Of a stretch of DNA of 59,174 bases, positions 37,358 through 48,141 are shown one piece after another. The notes under the pieces are model-generated. The model was not told the origin of the DNA, ran no database searches, and was given only the letters and a program-made list of their open reading frames with translations. The translations under genes and the position numbers were made by a program. Position 1 is the stretch's first letter, and the number at the start of each line of letters is the position of its first letter. The stretch comes from a virus (lineage: Duplodnaviria; Caudoviricetes): positions 1 through 59,174 of IMG/VR virus record IMGVR_UViG_3300029787_000038. One strand, 5' to 3'.

Positions 37358-38703
37358 TGTCTACCGTAACTAATATACAAAAGCTTGATCCTGCTATCGA
37401 AGCTTATAAACTTGGTCTTTTAGCAGATACACAACAGTTAGTTGGGGATCAAATGTTTGGACAGAATGTCCAAAACCTTAGGCAAAGTCTTCAAGGACAA
37501 ATAGATCCCGAAACAGGTCAACCCCTTACACCTGAACAAATAAATACACAAATCGCTACGCAACTGTCCACTGACGAGGTGCCGATAACCGCAGAACAAG
37601 TGGGTGGTATTAGCCAAGATTCTCTTTATGGGCTACCTGATTTTAAAGTTGCCGATTTATCCCAATCTCAAAAAGACGCTTATACTTTAGCACAACAAGG
37701 AGTAGGATCTTATCAACCTTTTGTTACAGGTGGTTTAGATGCTGTTCAAAAGGGGCAGGCAGGGGCCTACGATGCTATGCTTGGTGTAGGTGGTAGTACC
37801 GACCTTGCAGGTATGACCACGGGTCAGGCTCAACAAGCCATACAAGAGGCAGGTCAGTTTGGAATGCAAGCTGCTCAACAAGGTTTGGCAGGGTTACAGG
37901 GCGTATCGGGTCAATTTGATCCAAGCGGTATTGGAGCTTTCTATAATCCTTATGAACAGGATGTAGTGCAGGCTACGTTAGATGATTTACGTAAGGATTT
38001 TCAAACGCAAAAAGCTCAAAGACAGGCTCAATCTGATGCAGAGGCCGTGTCCAGAGGTGCTTTTGGTAGTGTATCTAGCCAAATGCGTAGGGACGCACAG
38101 AACATACAACCGTTAGAAGAAGACTATTTAAAGACCGCCGCCCGTGAGATAGGGGCATTGAGATCTGCAGGGTTTACAAACGCAGCCAATCAAGCAGCCC
38201 AAGCCTTTGAACAAGCCAAGCAAAGACAGCTAGGCGGGGCTCAGGCAACAAGTGCCATTGGTCAGCAAGGTGCAGGTACAGGACTACAAGCAGGTCAGGC
38301 AACAGGTAACTTGGCTCTTGGACTGGGTAATCTAGGCTTGTCAGGGGCTTCTACCCAAGCGGGGATAGGACAGCAGTTGGCAGGTATGGGTCTACAGCAA
38401 GCAGGACTAGGTGAATTAGAGAAGTCCTTACAGCAACAGGATATTAACGCCCTTATGGGTACAGGTGGTATGTTACAGGCACAAAAGCAAGCAGAGCTAG
38501 ATGCGGTAAAAGCCTCTGACACACAGAAATATCAACAACCTTATCAGCAACTTGGCTTTATGTCTGATATTTATTCTGGAGTACCTACTTCGCAAGCCAC
38601 AACGACAATGACAACAGGTACGCCTGCTTCACCGTTTATGCAAGCTGCAGGGCTTGGCATAGCAGGATTAGGTGCAGCAAGCGGTGCAAAAGGATTATTT
38701 TGA
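37357..38703 (+). CDS. Putative DNA-transfer/ejection protein (Q/G/A-rich)
   Basis: YNPYEQDVV, GAFGS, C-terminal Gly zipper. Confidence 0.65.
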   Translation: MSTVTNIQKLDPAIEAYKLGLLADTQQLVGDQMFGQNVQNLRQSLQGQIDPETGQPLTPEQINTQIATQLSTDEVPITAEQVGGISQDSLYGLPDFKVADLSQSQKDAYTLAQQGVGSYQPFVTGGLDAVQKGQAGAYDAMLGVGGSTDLAGMTTGQAQQAIQEAGQFGMQAAQQGLAGLQGVSGQFDPSGIGAFYNPYEQDVVQATLDDLRKDFQTQKAQRQAQSDAEAVSRGAFGSVSSQMRRDAQNIQPLEEDYLKTAAREIGALRSAGFTNAANQAAQAFEQAKQRQLGGAQATSAIGQQGAGTGLQAGQATGNLALGLGNLGLSGASTQAGIGQQLAGMGLQQAGLGELEKSLQQQDINALMGTGGMLQAQKQAELDAVKASDTQKYQQPYQQLGFMSDIYSGVPTSQATTTMTTGTPASPFMQAAGLGIAGLGAASGAKGLF

Positions 38704-41429
38704 TGACAGTACCTTCTCAATTTAAAGGATTTTCAAAACTTCCTGAACACGTTCAGCAGAAGATGGATCCAGAACTAGCAAAGAAATACAATATGGGTGG
38801 CGGAGTATTGCAACGCCCTTTGTTTAGGCAAATGGGCGGTCCTGCAGAGGCCATGCAACCCGCACCGATGCCCGCGCCTCCACCGCCACCTCCTCCTATA
38901 CCACCGCAAGGTGATCCTATGGTACAACAAACAGAGGCGCAGTTTGCTAATATTGGTGAACAACTAGCCCAAGATACCATGCAGAATATAGATCAGGCGC
39001 AAGACATAGAGGGTGCTATCAACGGACTACGGGGCAATCAAAAGCCCATAGAGGCTAGATATGACGAATTAGCAGGTTTTGTTGGTCAGAGTGACGCTCA
39101 ACAAACGCCAGAAAGTGTTTTAGCAATGGTGCAACCTACCATTATGATGACGGAACAAGGTGCGATGGACAGTGGTATAGGTGAACTTATCCAGTCTATT
39201 GCAGGTTCGGATATGGAAACACCGACGGGTGAACCAACACCGATGGGACAGGGCGTGGGTGAGCTTATGGCAATGGGGGCGGGCAACACTCCACCCGTAA
39301 ATTTTAACCAAGGCGGACCTGTAGAGGTCCGACGGTTTCAAGAAGGCACACCTCCCGGTGGTAATACGACTGCTCCTTTAGGAGCAACTAAGTTTTCTGA
39401 AATATATGGAGACATTTTACCTACCATTCAGCAACAAAGTGCAGGTATTTTTGGAACGCCTGAAGAACGTGCAAGGGAATTAGAAGAACAAAGAGAGTTT
39501 CAGAGAAGTCAGGCTATGCTTGATTTAGCGAAATTCGGATTAGCCTTAGCGTCGCCCACGGATCGACCTCTATCTCCTGTTGAAAAATTAGCAGCGGCGG
39601 GTCAACCATTAGCTACAAGCATACAAGAGCGTGGTAAAACAGTACAAGACATTAAACGTCAACAAAAGGCCGAGGAGCGAGGCCTTGCCATGCAGAATCT
39701 ACAAACAGGTTTAGGTATTGCAGGTAATATATTTGCGAAAGAAATTGAACAGCGAGAAGGTGCGGCCGAGAGAGGTTTGAGGTTTAATCTTTTAACGACC
39801 CAATTAAAATCAAATAAAGAGATAGCAAATGCAGAATTAGAATTAAGAAGAGATATTTTTGAAGAGGACAAATTAAAATTTGATAGGACCGCTACTCTCG
39901 AAGAAAATAAGTTAGCTTATAAAAAAGAATTTGATAATGAAGCTAGAGAACTTCAAAAGTTTTTAACTAGGTTTAAAACAGCGGGTGACTTAGAACTGAC
40001 TAAGTTTCAAGGAGAAGAACAAAGAAAGTTACAAAGATTACAAAACTTAGCTCAAGAAAAATTAGCTAAAATACAAGGTCAAATTTTCTTAGACAATCAA
40101 CTTGAGATTGCAGGGGCAAATAATTCATTTACCCTTGAGAAAATGGAACTTGATTTAGCTAATTCAAAAGACCTTGCTAAGACCAATGCTGAGTTAAATA
40201 AATCTGCACAAAAGAATGCACAGATTTTTCAGGCATCACAAAATGCCTTAAACAGGGTTTTTGAACTTAGAAAACAGGGTAAATTACTAGATGCACAGTC
40301 TGTAGAAAATGCCTTAAATAGAGAATTACAACAAGAACTCGCAGATGATGCTAATGCGTTGAGTGCAGCTCAATTTAGAATGAACTATTTATTAAAAGAA
40401 AGAGGACTTACAGTCGAAGAGGCTCTAGCTGAATCTAAGATAATTAATGACAACTTAACCTTACGAATAGAGGCAGAGAAAAATAAATTAAACAAACTTG
40501 GTACAAGCCTTGATGGTTTAGCAAATAATATGGTATCGCAAGAAGATAAATTAAAAGCTTATGCAGATGGAACTTTACAGGGCACAGATTTAAATCTTTT
40601 TGAACAAGCCATAACACATTTAGGAAGTCCTAAAGAAACCATTGTTGGTGGTAAAAAAGAAATAAAACCTGCACAAGAGTTTAATTCAAATCTTATTGAT
40701 GCTTTTGAACAAAGAATTGAAAGAGGAGATCCAATACCTAACATTGCAAGACAAGCTGTAAAAGCAAGGGCTTTCAATCAATCTAATTTAGAAAAGTTTA
40801 ATAAAGCACCTTCTCAACTTGCGGTGGACGCTTTGTTAAAAACTTTAAATGTAGGAAAAAATATTGATGCAAGTGATATCTTCGGTAGAAACGCTTTCTT
40901 TAAAAGTTTAGCAAATATAGGTTCAGAACTTTTTGCTCCCGGTTTTACTATGTTTGATGACACTAAAGTTGCTAAAGATGTTCTATCAGCCTTAAATTTA
41001 GCTACAATACAAGTATTTAGGGGAATGCCAAATTTTAGAGATAGCGTTTATTCTCAAAAACAGATTGATAAACTTACCGCAAAACCTGCAGAACTTCTTC
41101 AAGGTCCGAATAGTGCCTTATCAAAGGTTAATGCTTTAATAAATACTTTAACAATTTATCGTAATAATTTAGAAACTTTTAAATCTGTTCCTGAAGAATA
41201 TGTAAAAGATTTTGGCTCAATGGCCGATGTCAATCAAAGAAAACTTGAACTTGAAGGTTTAATAAACAGATACGAACTATTTATAGGAAAAAGACCTACT
41301 CAATTTGGAGAGATTGATATTGGAAGTTATCTTAACCTTGATGAAAAGGGTCCTCAAGATGAGGCCGAACAAAAATTTATTATTAAAAGAGTGCTTGATG
41401 CAGTAACTAAAAAGAAGAAAAAAGATTAA
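38700..41429 (+). CDS. Putative ejection protein, coiled-coil
   Basis: 909 aa; Pro-rich N-terminus and long helical region. Confidence 0.6.
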   Translation: MMTVPSQFKGFSKLPEHVQQKMDPELAKKYNMGGGVLQRPLFRQMGGPAEAMQPAPMPAPPPPPPPIPPQGDPMVQQTEAQFANIGEQLAQDTMQNIDQAQDIEGAINGLRGNQKPIEARYDELAGFVGQSDAQQTPESVLAMVQPTIMMTEQGAMDSGIGELIQSIAGSDMETPTGEPTPMGQGVGELMAMGAGNTPPVNFNQGGPVEVRRFQEGTPPGGNTTAPLGATKFSEIYGDILPTIQQQSAGIFGTPEERARELEEQREFQRSQAMLDLAKFGLALASPTDRPLSPVEKLAAAGQPLATSIQERGKTVQDIKRQQKAEERGLAMQNLQTGLGIAGNIFAKEIEQREGAAERGLRFNLLTTQLKSNKEIANAELELRRDIFEEDKLKFDRTATLEENKLAYKKEFDNEARELQKFLTRFKTAGDLELTKFQGEEQRKLQRLQNLAQEKLAKIQGQIFLDNQLEIAGANNSFTLEKMELDLANSKDLAKTNAELNKSAQKNAQIFQASQNALNRVFELRKQGKLLDAQSVENALNRELQQELADDANALSAAQFRMNYLLKERGLTVEEALAESKIINDNLTLRIEAEKNKLNKLGTSLDGLANNMVSQEDKLKAYADGTLQGTDLNLFEQAITHLGSPKETIVGGKKEIKPAQEFNSNLIDAFEQRIERGDPIPNIARQAVKARAFNQSNLEKFNKAPSQLAVDALLKTLNVGKNIDASDIFGRNAFFKSLANIGSELFAPGFTMFDDTKVAKDVLSALNLATIQVFRGMPNFRDSVYSQKQIDKLTAKPAELLQGPNSALSKVNALINTLTIYRNNLETFKSVPEEYVKDFGSMADVNQRKLELEGLINRYELFIGKRPTQFGEIDIGSYLNLDEKGPQDEAEQKFIIKRVLDAVTKKKKKD

Positions 41430-41433
41430 TTAA

Positions 41434-44400
41434 ATGGTTGAAACCCACGACATATCAGAAATACCCGATGAGTTGCCTAAACAAAATACTCAAATTACGG
41501 ATAGTAGTTTCGATGCTTATCAAGATATTTTTGATAACCCCATAAGCTTATCAGAACAAGAAGTCATGGACATAATGACTTATTTTCCTAAAGGCGGGAG
41601 AGTGGTTGATGGGAGAAGAATAACAGCTACAGAGGCTGTAGCAGAGTTGGTTGCTAGTGAATTTAACGGTAGATTTCCGGGTGCAGGAACTTACGAACAA
41701 TTACGTAGTGGTGAGTCACAGTTTGCGCCCGGTGCGCGTCTCTCTGACGAAAACATAATAGAAATATTTTCGGATCTTGAAAATAAAGGATTTTTACAAT
41801 CCTTAGGCCGAAGAACCGTAGAAAACGTGCCAATGACCGTGGCCTTCGGTACAGGTTTTAAGTTCGGAAAAAAAATTCAAAAAGTATTACCAAACTTTAA
41901 TCAAAAAATAGCAAAACTTCCTTATAAAGCGGATCTTGTCGCAAACGCTGTACAAAATATTTATAATGTAGGTAAATTTTCGGTTCCTTATATTACAGGA
42001 ATTGGAGCTAGTATTTTATCTGCTCCTTATAATGAGCCTTTTGGAGAATTAATTCTTGGTAAAAAGAAAACATTTACACCTGAAACTTATTCAAAAATGA
42101 GAGCAGGGGAATTTGTAGCAGACACATTAAGTTTTACTCCTTATTTGTATTTTTCAGACAAAGCATCTACTGATTTTTTAAGAGATTATTTTACCAATAG
42201 ATTGACAACTAGTGGAATGGGAAGACCTTTTGACCTAAGTGTGGGTGCTAATAAAAGTCTTAATCAACAAATAAAAGAAGCACAAAAAACAATTACTACT
42301 AGCCTTGGTGGTGATAAAAGAATGCAAGGTCCCATTGACTTTACTTCTTTACAGGAAAGGGGAGTTGAAGCGGTTCTTCAAGGTAAAGTTCCACCTATGA
42401 TGATGAGAAGACTTTTAACCTTAGAAAATGCTCTGATTAGAACAGGAACAGAGGCTAGAGCTAATCCGGCTCTTACCGCATTTTATGAAACTCTTGCAAC
42501 AGGAGGTGGTGTTGCTGCATTGAGATTAGCTACGGAGGCAGCCCCCGGTTCTGGTTTTGAAACTGCAGCGGAAATAGCAGGCCCTGTCGTCACAGGTGCA
42601 GCTAGACCTTTTACTTTAAATCTTGTTTATAAAGGTCTTAAAGGCATAGGTAGGTTAGGTTATGAAGGGACTCAAGGTGGTTTACCTGCCATGCGTAATG
42701 TGTTTTCAGATTATTTTAAAGAAAAAAGAGATCAAAGAGCTTTTGCATTTCTTGTTGAAAAACTTGATAAAATTGGAAGTTTAGACGGTGAAAATTTACA
42801 AGAGATGATTAGGCTTTTAGAAAAACAAATGCCTGCAGGGGTAAAAGGCACTGCAGGATCTTTAACAAAAGACCCTGCTATTATAGCTTTAGAGGCAGCT
42901 ATGGCAAGGGATTTTCCTGATTTGGCGGCTGCTCAACAAGAACAATTAAAATTAGAAAAAAGTGCTTTAGAAAAAATTATAAGAAATTTAGGTTTTGTTG
43001 CCGAGCAAAATGTAGATACAACTGCAGGCGCAGGTGCGCTTAGATTAGTGGGGCAGTTAAAAGAGGGGATATTTAAGGAGACCCTTAATAATAGATTAAT
43101 TAAAGCGGAAGATGAACTGTTATCAAGTTTTTATCAACTTAAACAAATAAGAAAAAGAGGTACTTCAAAACTTGAACTTGACCAAGGAGAGGAAACACTT
43201 ACAGGTGATGCAGCACGTAAAACTTTAAACAATGCAGATACCATTGAATTGTCAGAGCGTTTATTTAATTTAATAGGCACTCAAATGAAGTTTGCAAGAG
43301 AAGAACAAAAAAGATTGTATGACAAAGTAGGTCGTGTTGAATTTAATTCAAATAGTTTTTTTAATAACAACGGTCAGGTTGATACGCCCAAATTTGTTGC
43401 TTTTGCCGATTCAGTTTTGCCTGAAAAACCAGAAAACAGTAAAATGTATGACAAACTTAAAAAGGTTTTATTTGATTTTGTTAGAAAAACAGATAGCCAA
43501 GGAAATGTAACAGGTGTGGCTGCAGATTTAGCAGAAGGTGGTACTGTATCTTTAAAAGCCCTAAATCAACAAAGATCAGAATTATTAGCAATAGCAAGAG
43601 ATGGTAATGAAAGAAAAGACATAAGAAGAATTGCAGGACAAATGGCAGAGGCCATACAAGATGACTTAGATAATTTTGTTCAATATGGAGGTTATGGAAC
43701 AGGCCAAAACAAAAAAACCATAGAGGCTTTGCAATCAGCTAATTCTTATTCTAAAGCCTTTGCTGATGTTTTTTATCGTAGTTTTGTCGGTGATTTAATG
43801 CAAAAAACAAAAGAGGGAGGCTATAGAGTAGCACCTGAGCTTTTACATCAAAATTTTAAAATAAATAATTTTGATCCCGGATATTTAAAAGTAAAAGACA
43901 TTATGAAAGTAGGAGATTTTGTTACATCTTACAAAATTGAGGATGGTGTCAAAAATATTAAAACAGTTAACGCTACCCTTGACAGATTATTAAGGGAGAT
44001 CCGGGCACAAACTTATGACCCTACTACCAAAACTGTTAATAGAAATGCCTTACAAGATTGGATTAACAATAATAACAAACTCCAAGAAATATTTCCTGAC
44101 CTGTTTGATGATTTAGATAATTTTATTACTAAAAGTGACAACAAAGATAGTGTTCTTTTTAACAATAAACGCCAAGAGGCTGAAGTAAAAAAACAAATTA
44201 ATTTTATGGCTTTTCTCTATGATACAAATGGACAGGTACGGACTGATCCCACAAATGCCATAGCTGAGGCACTTATTGGTGGTAGAAACCAAGGTAAAAA
44301 CCTTGAAGATTTAATTGAAAGTATACCCCAAAAAGGTGAAAAAAAGTCAACAACCATTTATGAAGCAATAGATACAAAAACTGGTTTTAAAGAAACTTTT

Positions 44401-45441
44401 TTTAATGAAAACGATGCACGAAAGTTTATTGAAAAAAATCCTGCTTTTGATTTAGATATTAAAAATATTACGGTTGATAGAGAAAAAGCAATTCAAGGTT
44501 TTAAATCCGCTATATTTGAATATTTAGTTAATGGTAAAACCCAATTTGGACCAGAGAAAAAGTTTAAGTTTTATGATATTTACAATACTCTTTTTGAGAA
44601 AAAGATGTCTACCACACAGTTTAATCCAAGAACGGGGGCTGAAGTTCTTAAAAAAGAAACTTTAAGTGATTTTCTTCTTAGAAAAGGTATTTTTACCAAA
44701 AGTGATGTCAAGACCTCAAAAGATGCCTTAGAGGAACTTATTGGTTTAGAAGCCTCAGATCCGTCAAATTTATTAGATGCCGCTTTTGAGGAGGCTAAAC
44801 CTATTTTAGATTTTGCCGTATCTATTGGAGGTTCTGCCGTTGGAACAAGATCTCAAGCTTTGTTGACGGGTGATGCAACAGGACCGGGTTCAATTATTGC
44901 AGCAGGTCGAGGTGCCCAGTTAGCAAGGGATTTATTTATTAGAATGCCCTCAATATCAAAGAAATTATTTTTAGCAGATCTATTACAAAACCCTAAATTA
45001 TTAGCAAAAATGTTAAGGCAATATGGAGAGGGTAAACAATCAACAGGCGTATTTAATGCAGTAAAAAATTACTTAATTAAAAATGGTTATGTAGATACAC
45101 CAAGAAGAATAGGTGTTGCCACTGTTCCAGAGGATGAATTTTCTGATGAAGATGCCTTAATAGAAGATCAAAGTCAGGTCACACAACCTCCTGTTAATAT
45201 TACACCTACACCGCCTGTGATAGAAAATAACAGAGCTATTGTTCAGAGTGGACCACCAATCAATCTAAGCCAAGTTAACCCGCCTGCTCAAATTCCCACA
45301 CCTACACCGCAGGCGCAAGCGCAACCTAGTTCGGGGTCTGCGGATCCTAATACAAGAACTAGGTACGCTTCTTTGTTTCCAAACGACCCGATATCAGGTA
45401 TGCTTGGTTCGGGTGGCATAACTAATGTGAGGACAACGTAA
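41434..45441 (+). CDS. Large putative ejection/internal virion protein
   Basis: 1335 aa at the end of the late operon; P/Q-rich tail ending RYASLFPND. Confidence 0.6.
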   Translation: MVETHDISEIPDELPKQNTQITDSSFDAYQDIFDNPISLSEQEVMDIMTYFPKGGRVVDGRRITATEAVAELVASEFNGRFPGAGTYEQLRSGESQFAPGARLSDENIIEIFSDLENKGFLQSLGRRTVENVPMTVAFGTGFKFGKKIQKVLPNFNQKIAKLPYKADLVANAVQNIYNVGKFSVPYITGIGASILSAPYNEPFGELILGKKKTFTPETYSKMRAGEFVADTLSFTPYLYFSDKASTDFLRDYFTNRLTTSGMGRPFDLSVGANKSLNQQIKEAQKTITTSLGGDKRMQGPIDFTSLQERGVEAVLQGKVPPMMMRRLLTLENALIRTGTEARANPALTAFYETLATGGGVAALRLATEAAPGSGFETAAEIAGPVVTGAARPFTLNLVYKGLKGIGRLGYEGTQGGLPAMRNVFSDYFKEKRDQRAFAFLVEKLDKIGSLDGENLQEMIRLLEKQMPAGVKGTAGSLTKDPAIIALEAAMARDFPDLAAAQQEQLKLEKSALEKIIRNLGFVAEQNVDTTAGAGALRLVGQLKEGIFKETLNNRLIKAEDELLSSFYQLKQIRKRGTSKLELDQGEETLTGDAARKTLNNADTIELSERLFNLIGTQMKFAREEQKRLYDKVGRVEFNSNSFFNNNGQVDTPKFVAFADSVLPEKPENSKMYDKLKKVLFDFVRKTDSQGNVTGVAADLAEGGTVSLKALNQQRSELLAIARDGNERKDIRRIAGQMAEAIQDDLDNFVQYGGYGTGQNKKTIEALQSANSYSKAFADVFYRSFVGDLMQKTKEGGYRVAPELLHQNFKINNFDPGYLKVKDIMKVGDFVTSYKIEDGVKNIKTVNATLDRLLREIRAQTYDPTTKTVNRNALQDWINNNNKLQEIFPDLFDDLDNFITKSDNKDSVLFNNKRQEAEVKKQINFMAFLYDTNGQVRTDPTNAIAEALIGGRNQGKNLEDLIESIPQKGEKKSTTIYEAIDTKTGFKETFFNENDARKFIEKNPAFDLDIKNITVDREKAIQGFKSAIFEYLVNGKTQFGPEKKFKFYDIYNTLFEKKMSTTQFNPRTGAEVLKKETLSDFLLRKGIFTKSDVKTSKDALEELIGLEASDPSNLLDAAFEEAKPILDFAVSIGGSAVGTRSQALLTGDATGPGSIIAAGRGAQLARDLFIRMPSISKKLFLADLLQNPKLLAKMLRQYGEGKQSTGVFNAVKNYLIKNGYVDTPRRIGVATVPEDEFSDEDALIEDQSQVTQPPVNITPTPPVIENNRAIVQSGPPINLSQVNPPAQIPTPTPQAQAQPSSGSADPNTRTRYASLFPNDPISGMLGSGGITNVRTT

Positions 45442-45442
45442 T

Positions 45443-47080
45443 ATGGCAGGTTTTACAGGGTTTGATCCAGAAAGAAACAGTTACGTTGTAGAAGGTAATT
45501 TGGTAGGCAATATGTCTCCTGAAGCTTTTAATCAAATAGTAAAAAATGTTACAGGGCAATCCTTTACAGGACAGCAAGCCCCTGCTCAAACACAAACACA
45601 GCAGGCTCCTGTTCAAGCACAGGCACAACAAGCTCCACAAGAAGATGATAAGCAAATGTTGTATGGTGGAGATTATAGCCTTGAAACTTTTGCGGGTGGT
45701 CAACCTAAAATGCTTAATTTTATAGGTTCTGATGGTAAGAGTTATGTAAAAAGATATGCAGAGGATGAGTTTGTTTATGGGGCTCCACCCTCCGATGTAA
45801 GTTTAACATTAACTTCCGTTATTGCTGAAGATAGGAATGACAATACCTTTAAAAAAGATGTTGACCCTACAAAATTTCAATACGGTGGTAAGCAAACGCC
45901 AGAACAAGCTGATGCGGCGGCTAAGGAAGCTGCTAGAGAGCCCGGCTATGAGTCAGGTGGTGGTGGTTTATTTTATACATACAACGATACAGAATACTAT
46001 ACACCCGATAACAGCGGACAAGGTATTCCAGTTGGTTCAACTGATATAACCAGAGATCCCGGTTCAAAAGACATTACAGACCCTAACAACCCACAATATT
46101 CTCCTGTTTTAACAAAAGGTTTTTCAACTTATTACGATCAAAATGAAATTAATCCAAATAGTGACTTATTTAATCAACAACAATTTAATAAATTTCAAAA
46201 AGATATAATTCCTGAAAGTAAACCGTTGACTTTGGGTAATGTATTTTCACTAACACCGGGTGGAGGCGTTATCGATACGGGTCTTGCAAACCCATTTGGC
46301 GAAGGTAATATTGAGTTTTCTAACCCGCCGTCACAACTGCAAGATTTAGGACCTTTCTTTAATTTGGCAGAAAGCTTTGGTTATCAGAACTTTAAAGATT
46401 CTTATAAAAATAATCCATTGGCTGAATCTTTAGGATTAGTAGCTCCTACACCCTCTATAGGAGAGATAATTCAAAATACAGGTGGTTCTAATGTTGCACC
46501 ACCAAGTACTACAAAAGACCCTGATCCATCCACAGGTGGCGGTGGCGGAGATGACCCTGACCCCGATCCAGACAAAGATCCGTCAAAGGGAAAAACCTTC
46601 TTTGCACCTGCTAAAAGGTCAGATCCTATAAGCACCGCGCCCGATGAGCCGATTAATACAGATCCAAGGTTTCAACCTATCTTTCCTCAACAGCCCATAC
46701 AGCCTATCGGTCCCATTGAAGGTGGACCCGTAGAAGGACTTTTTCCAATACCTACACAACCACAAGCAAGCCCTGCCATGCCTCAACCTGCGCCTATACC
46801 CATTGAGGCAAAACCTACTGTTATGCCTCCTCCGCAAGCCGTGCCACCTGTTTTACCTCCACAAACCCTTGCAGATGTTATGGCGGCGGGTGGTACACCC
46901 AATCAAACAGGGATTAATCCTTACTTTCAGGCTATAGAACAAATTAATAAAACAAACCCAATGTTAGGTATTGCTACCAATCCTATGATGCTAAAAGATG
47001 GTGGTGGTATTATGTCTTTGCGTAATCGAATGCTCATGGCCCCCGCATCACAGGCCATGACAAAGGGGATTATGTCCTAA
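45443..47080 (+). CDS. Pro/Gln-rich putative internal protein
   Basis: Low complexity; MLKDGGGIMSL. Confidence 0.6.
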   Translation: MAGFTGFDPERNSYVVEGNLVGNMSPEAFNQIVKNVTGQSFTGQQAPAQTQTQQAPVQAQAQQAPQEDDKQMLYGGDYSLETFAGGQPKMLNFIGSDGKSYVKRYAEDEFVYGAPPSDVSLTLTSVIAEDRNDNTFKKDVDPTKFQYGGKQTPEQADAAAKEAAREPGYESGGGGLFYTYNDTEYYTPDNSGQGIPVGSTDITRDPGSKDITDPNNPQYSPVLTKGFSTYYDQNEINPNSDLFNQQQFNKFQKDIIPESKPLTLGNVFSLTPGGGVIDTGLANPFGEGNIEFSNPPSQLQDLGPFFNLAESFGYQNFKDSYKNNPLAESLGLVAPTPSIGEIIQNTGGSNVAPPSTTKDPDPSTGGGGGDDPDPDPDKDPSKGKTFFAPAKRSDPISTAPDEPINTDPRFQPIFPQQPIQPIGPIEGGPVEGLFPIPTQPQASPAMPQPAPIPIEAKPTVMPPPQAVPPVLPPQTLADVMAAGGTPNQTGINPYFQAIEQINKTNPMLGIATNPMMLKDGGGIMSLRNRMLMAPASQAMTKGIMS

Positions 47081-48141
47081 TGGCAAGTTTAAAAGAAATA
47101 ATGAAAGATATAGGAAATAAAGATGAAAGGCTTAAATTAGATAAAGTAATCAGAAGTCTACAACTAGATATTGAAAACGGTATCACTACAGTAGAACAAG
47201 CTCGTAAACAATTACAACAATACAAAGACTTACAAAACTACAACCGTAGAAAAGGTATGGCTATGGGTGGTGGCGTTGAGAGTGGACTGGGTTCTTTTAT
47301 ACCTCGTATGAGAAACGGTGGTGAGGCTTTAAACTTTGATAGACTATTTAGGGCTTTAATACAAGTTGAGAGTGGTGGTGTACCAGATAGAGTAAGTCCT
47401 GCAGGAGCTATCGGTTTAACACAAATAATGCCTGAGACTGCAATGAAACCCGGCTATGGCGTAGATAATATTTTTACACTTGCTAGAAAAATGAATGTAC
47501 CTTTTGGAGAGGAGTCCTTGTCAGAGGCTAAAAGACTTTTGTTTAATACTGAATTAAATACAAAATTTGGTAGTGATTATTTAAAGGCTATGATTGATTA
47601 CAGTGGTGGAGATATTAAGACTGCCCTTCAAGGTTATAATTATGGTCTTGATAGAGTTCTTAATTTAAAGGCAAAAGGTGAGCCTATTACTGTAGAAGAA
47701 ACAATAAATTATCCCATTAAAGTAATGGCTGCCTATAATGGTATAAATCCAAATGATCCTCAACAATTAGAAATTTTTAAACAATCGCCTAATGTTGAAA
47801 GTGCTATGTTTGAAATGGCAGAGGCTAAAGGAACTACTCAACCAAAAACAGATATACAAGGTGTTTTAGAAAGTTTAAATATATTTAAGTCAGAAGATCC
47901 CATCTCACCTAGTTTTCAGCCTTTACCCCCTACTAGACCGACAGAACTTACAGAACAGTTAGGTCTACCGGGCGACGTGCTAAGAGATGCCGAGGTAGAG
48001 CTTCAAATGGCTGAAGATCCAAACTTAGTTGGTTTTTCAAAAGAGCCAATGACAAGATCTTTTGCAATGGAAGAAGAGGAAAAAGATCCTATTTTAGCCA
48101 GTTCCTCGCTTCCTCTCCAAAGACCTTCTGGGATAAATTAA
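47080..48141 (+). CDS. Lytic transglycosylase (SLT) domain virion protein
   Basis: VESGG...GAIGLTQIMPETA...GYNYG...ETINY. Confidence 0.85.
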   Translation: MASLKEIMKDIGNKDERLKLDKVIRSLQLDIENGITTVEQARKQLQQYKDLQNYNRRKGMAMGGGVESGLGSFIPRMRNGGEALNFDRLFRALIQVESGGVPDRVSPAGAIGLTQIMPETAMKPGYGVDNIFTLARKMNVPFGEESLSEAKRLLFNTELNTKFGSDYLKAMIDYSGGDIKTALQGYNYGLDRVLNLKAKGEPITVEETINYPIKVMAAYNGINPNDPQQLEIFKQSPNVESAMFEMAEAKGTTQPKTDIQGVLESLNIFKSEDPISPSFQPLPPTRPTELTEQLGLPGDVLRDAEVELQMAEDPNLVGFSKEPMTRSFAMEEEEKDPILASSSLPLQRPSGIN

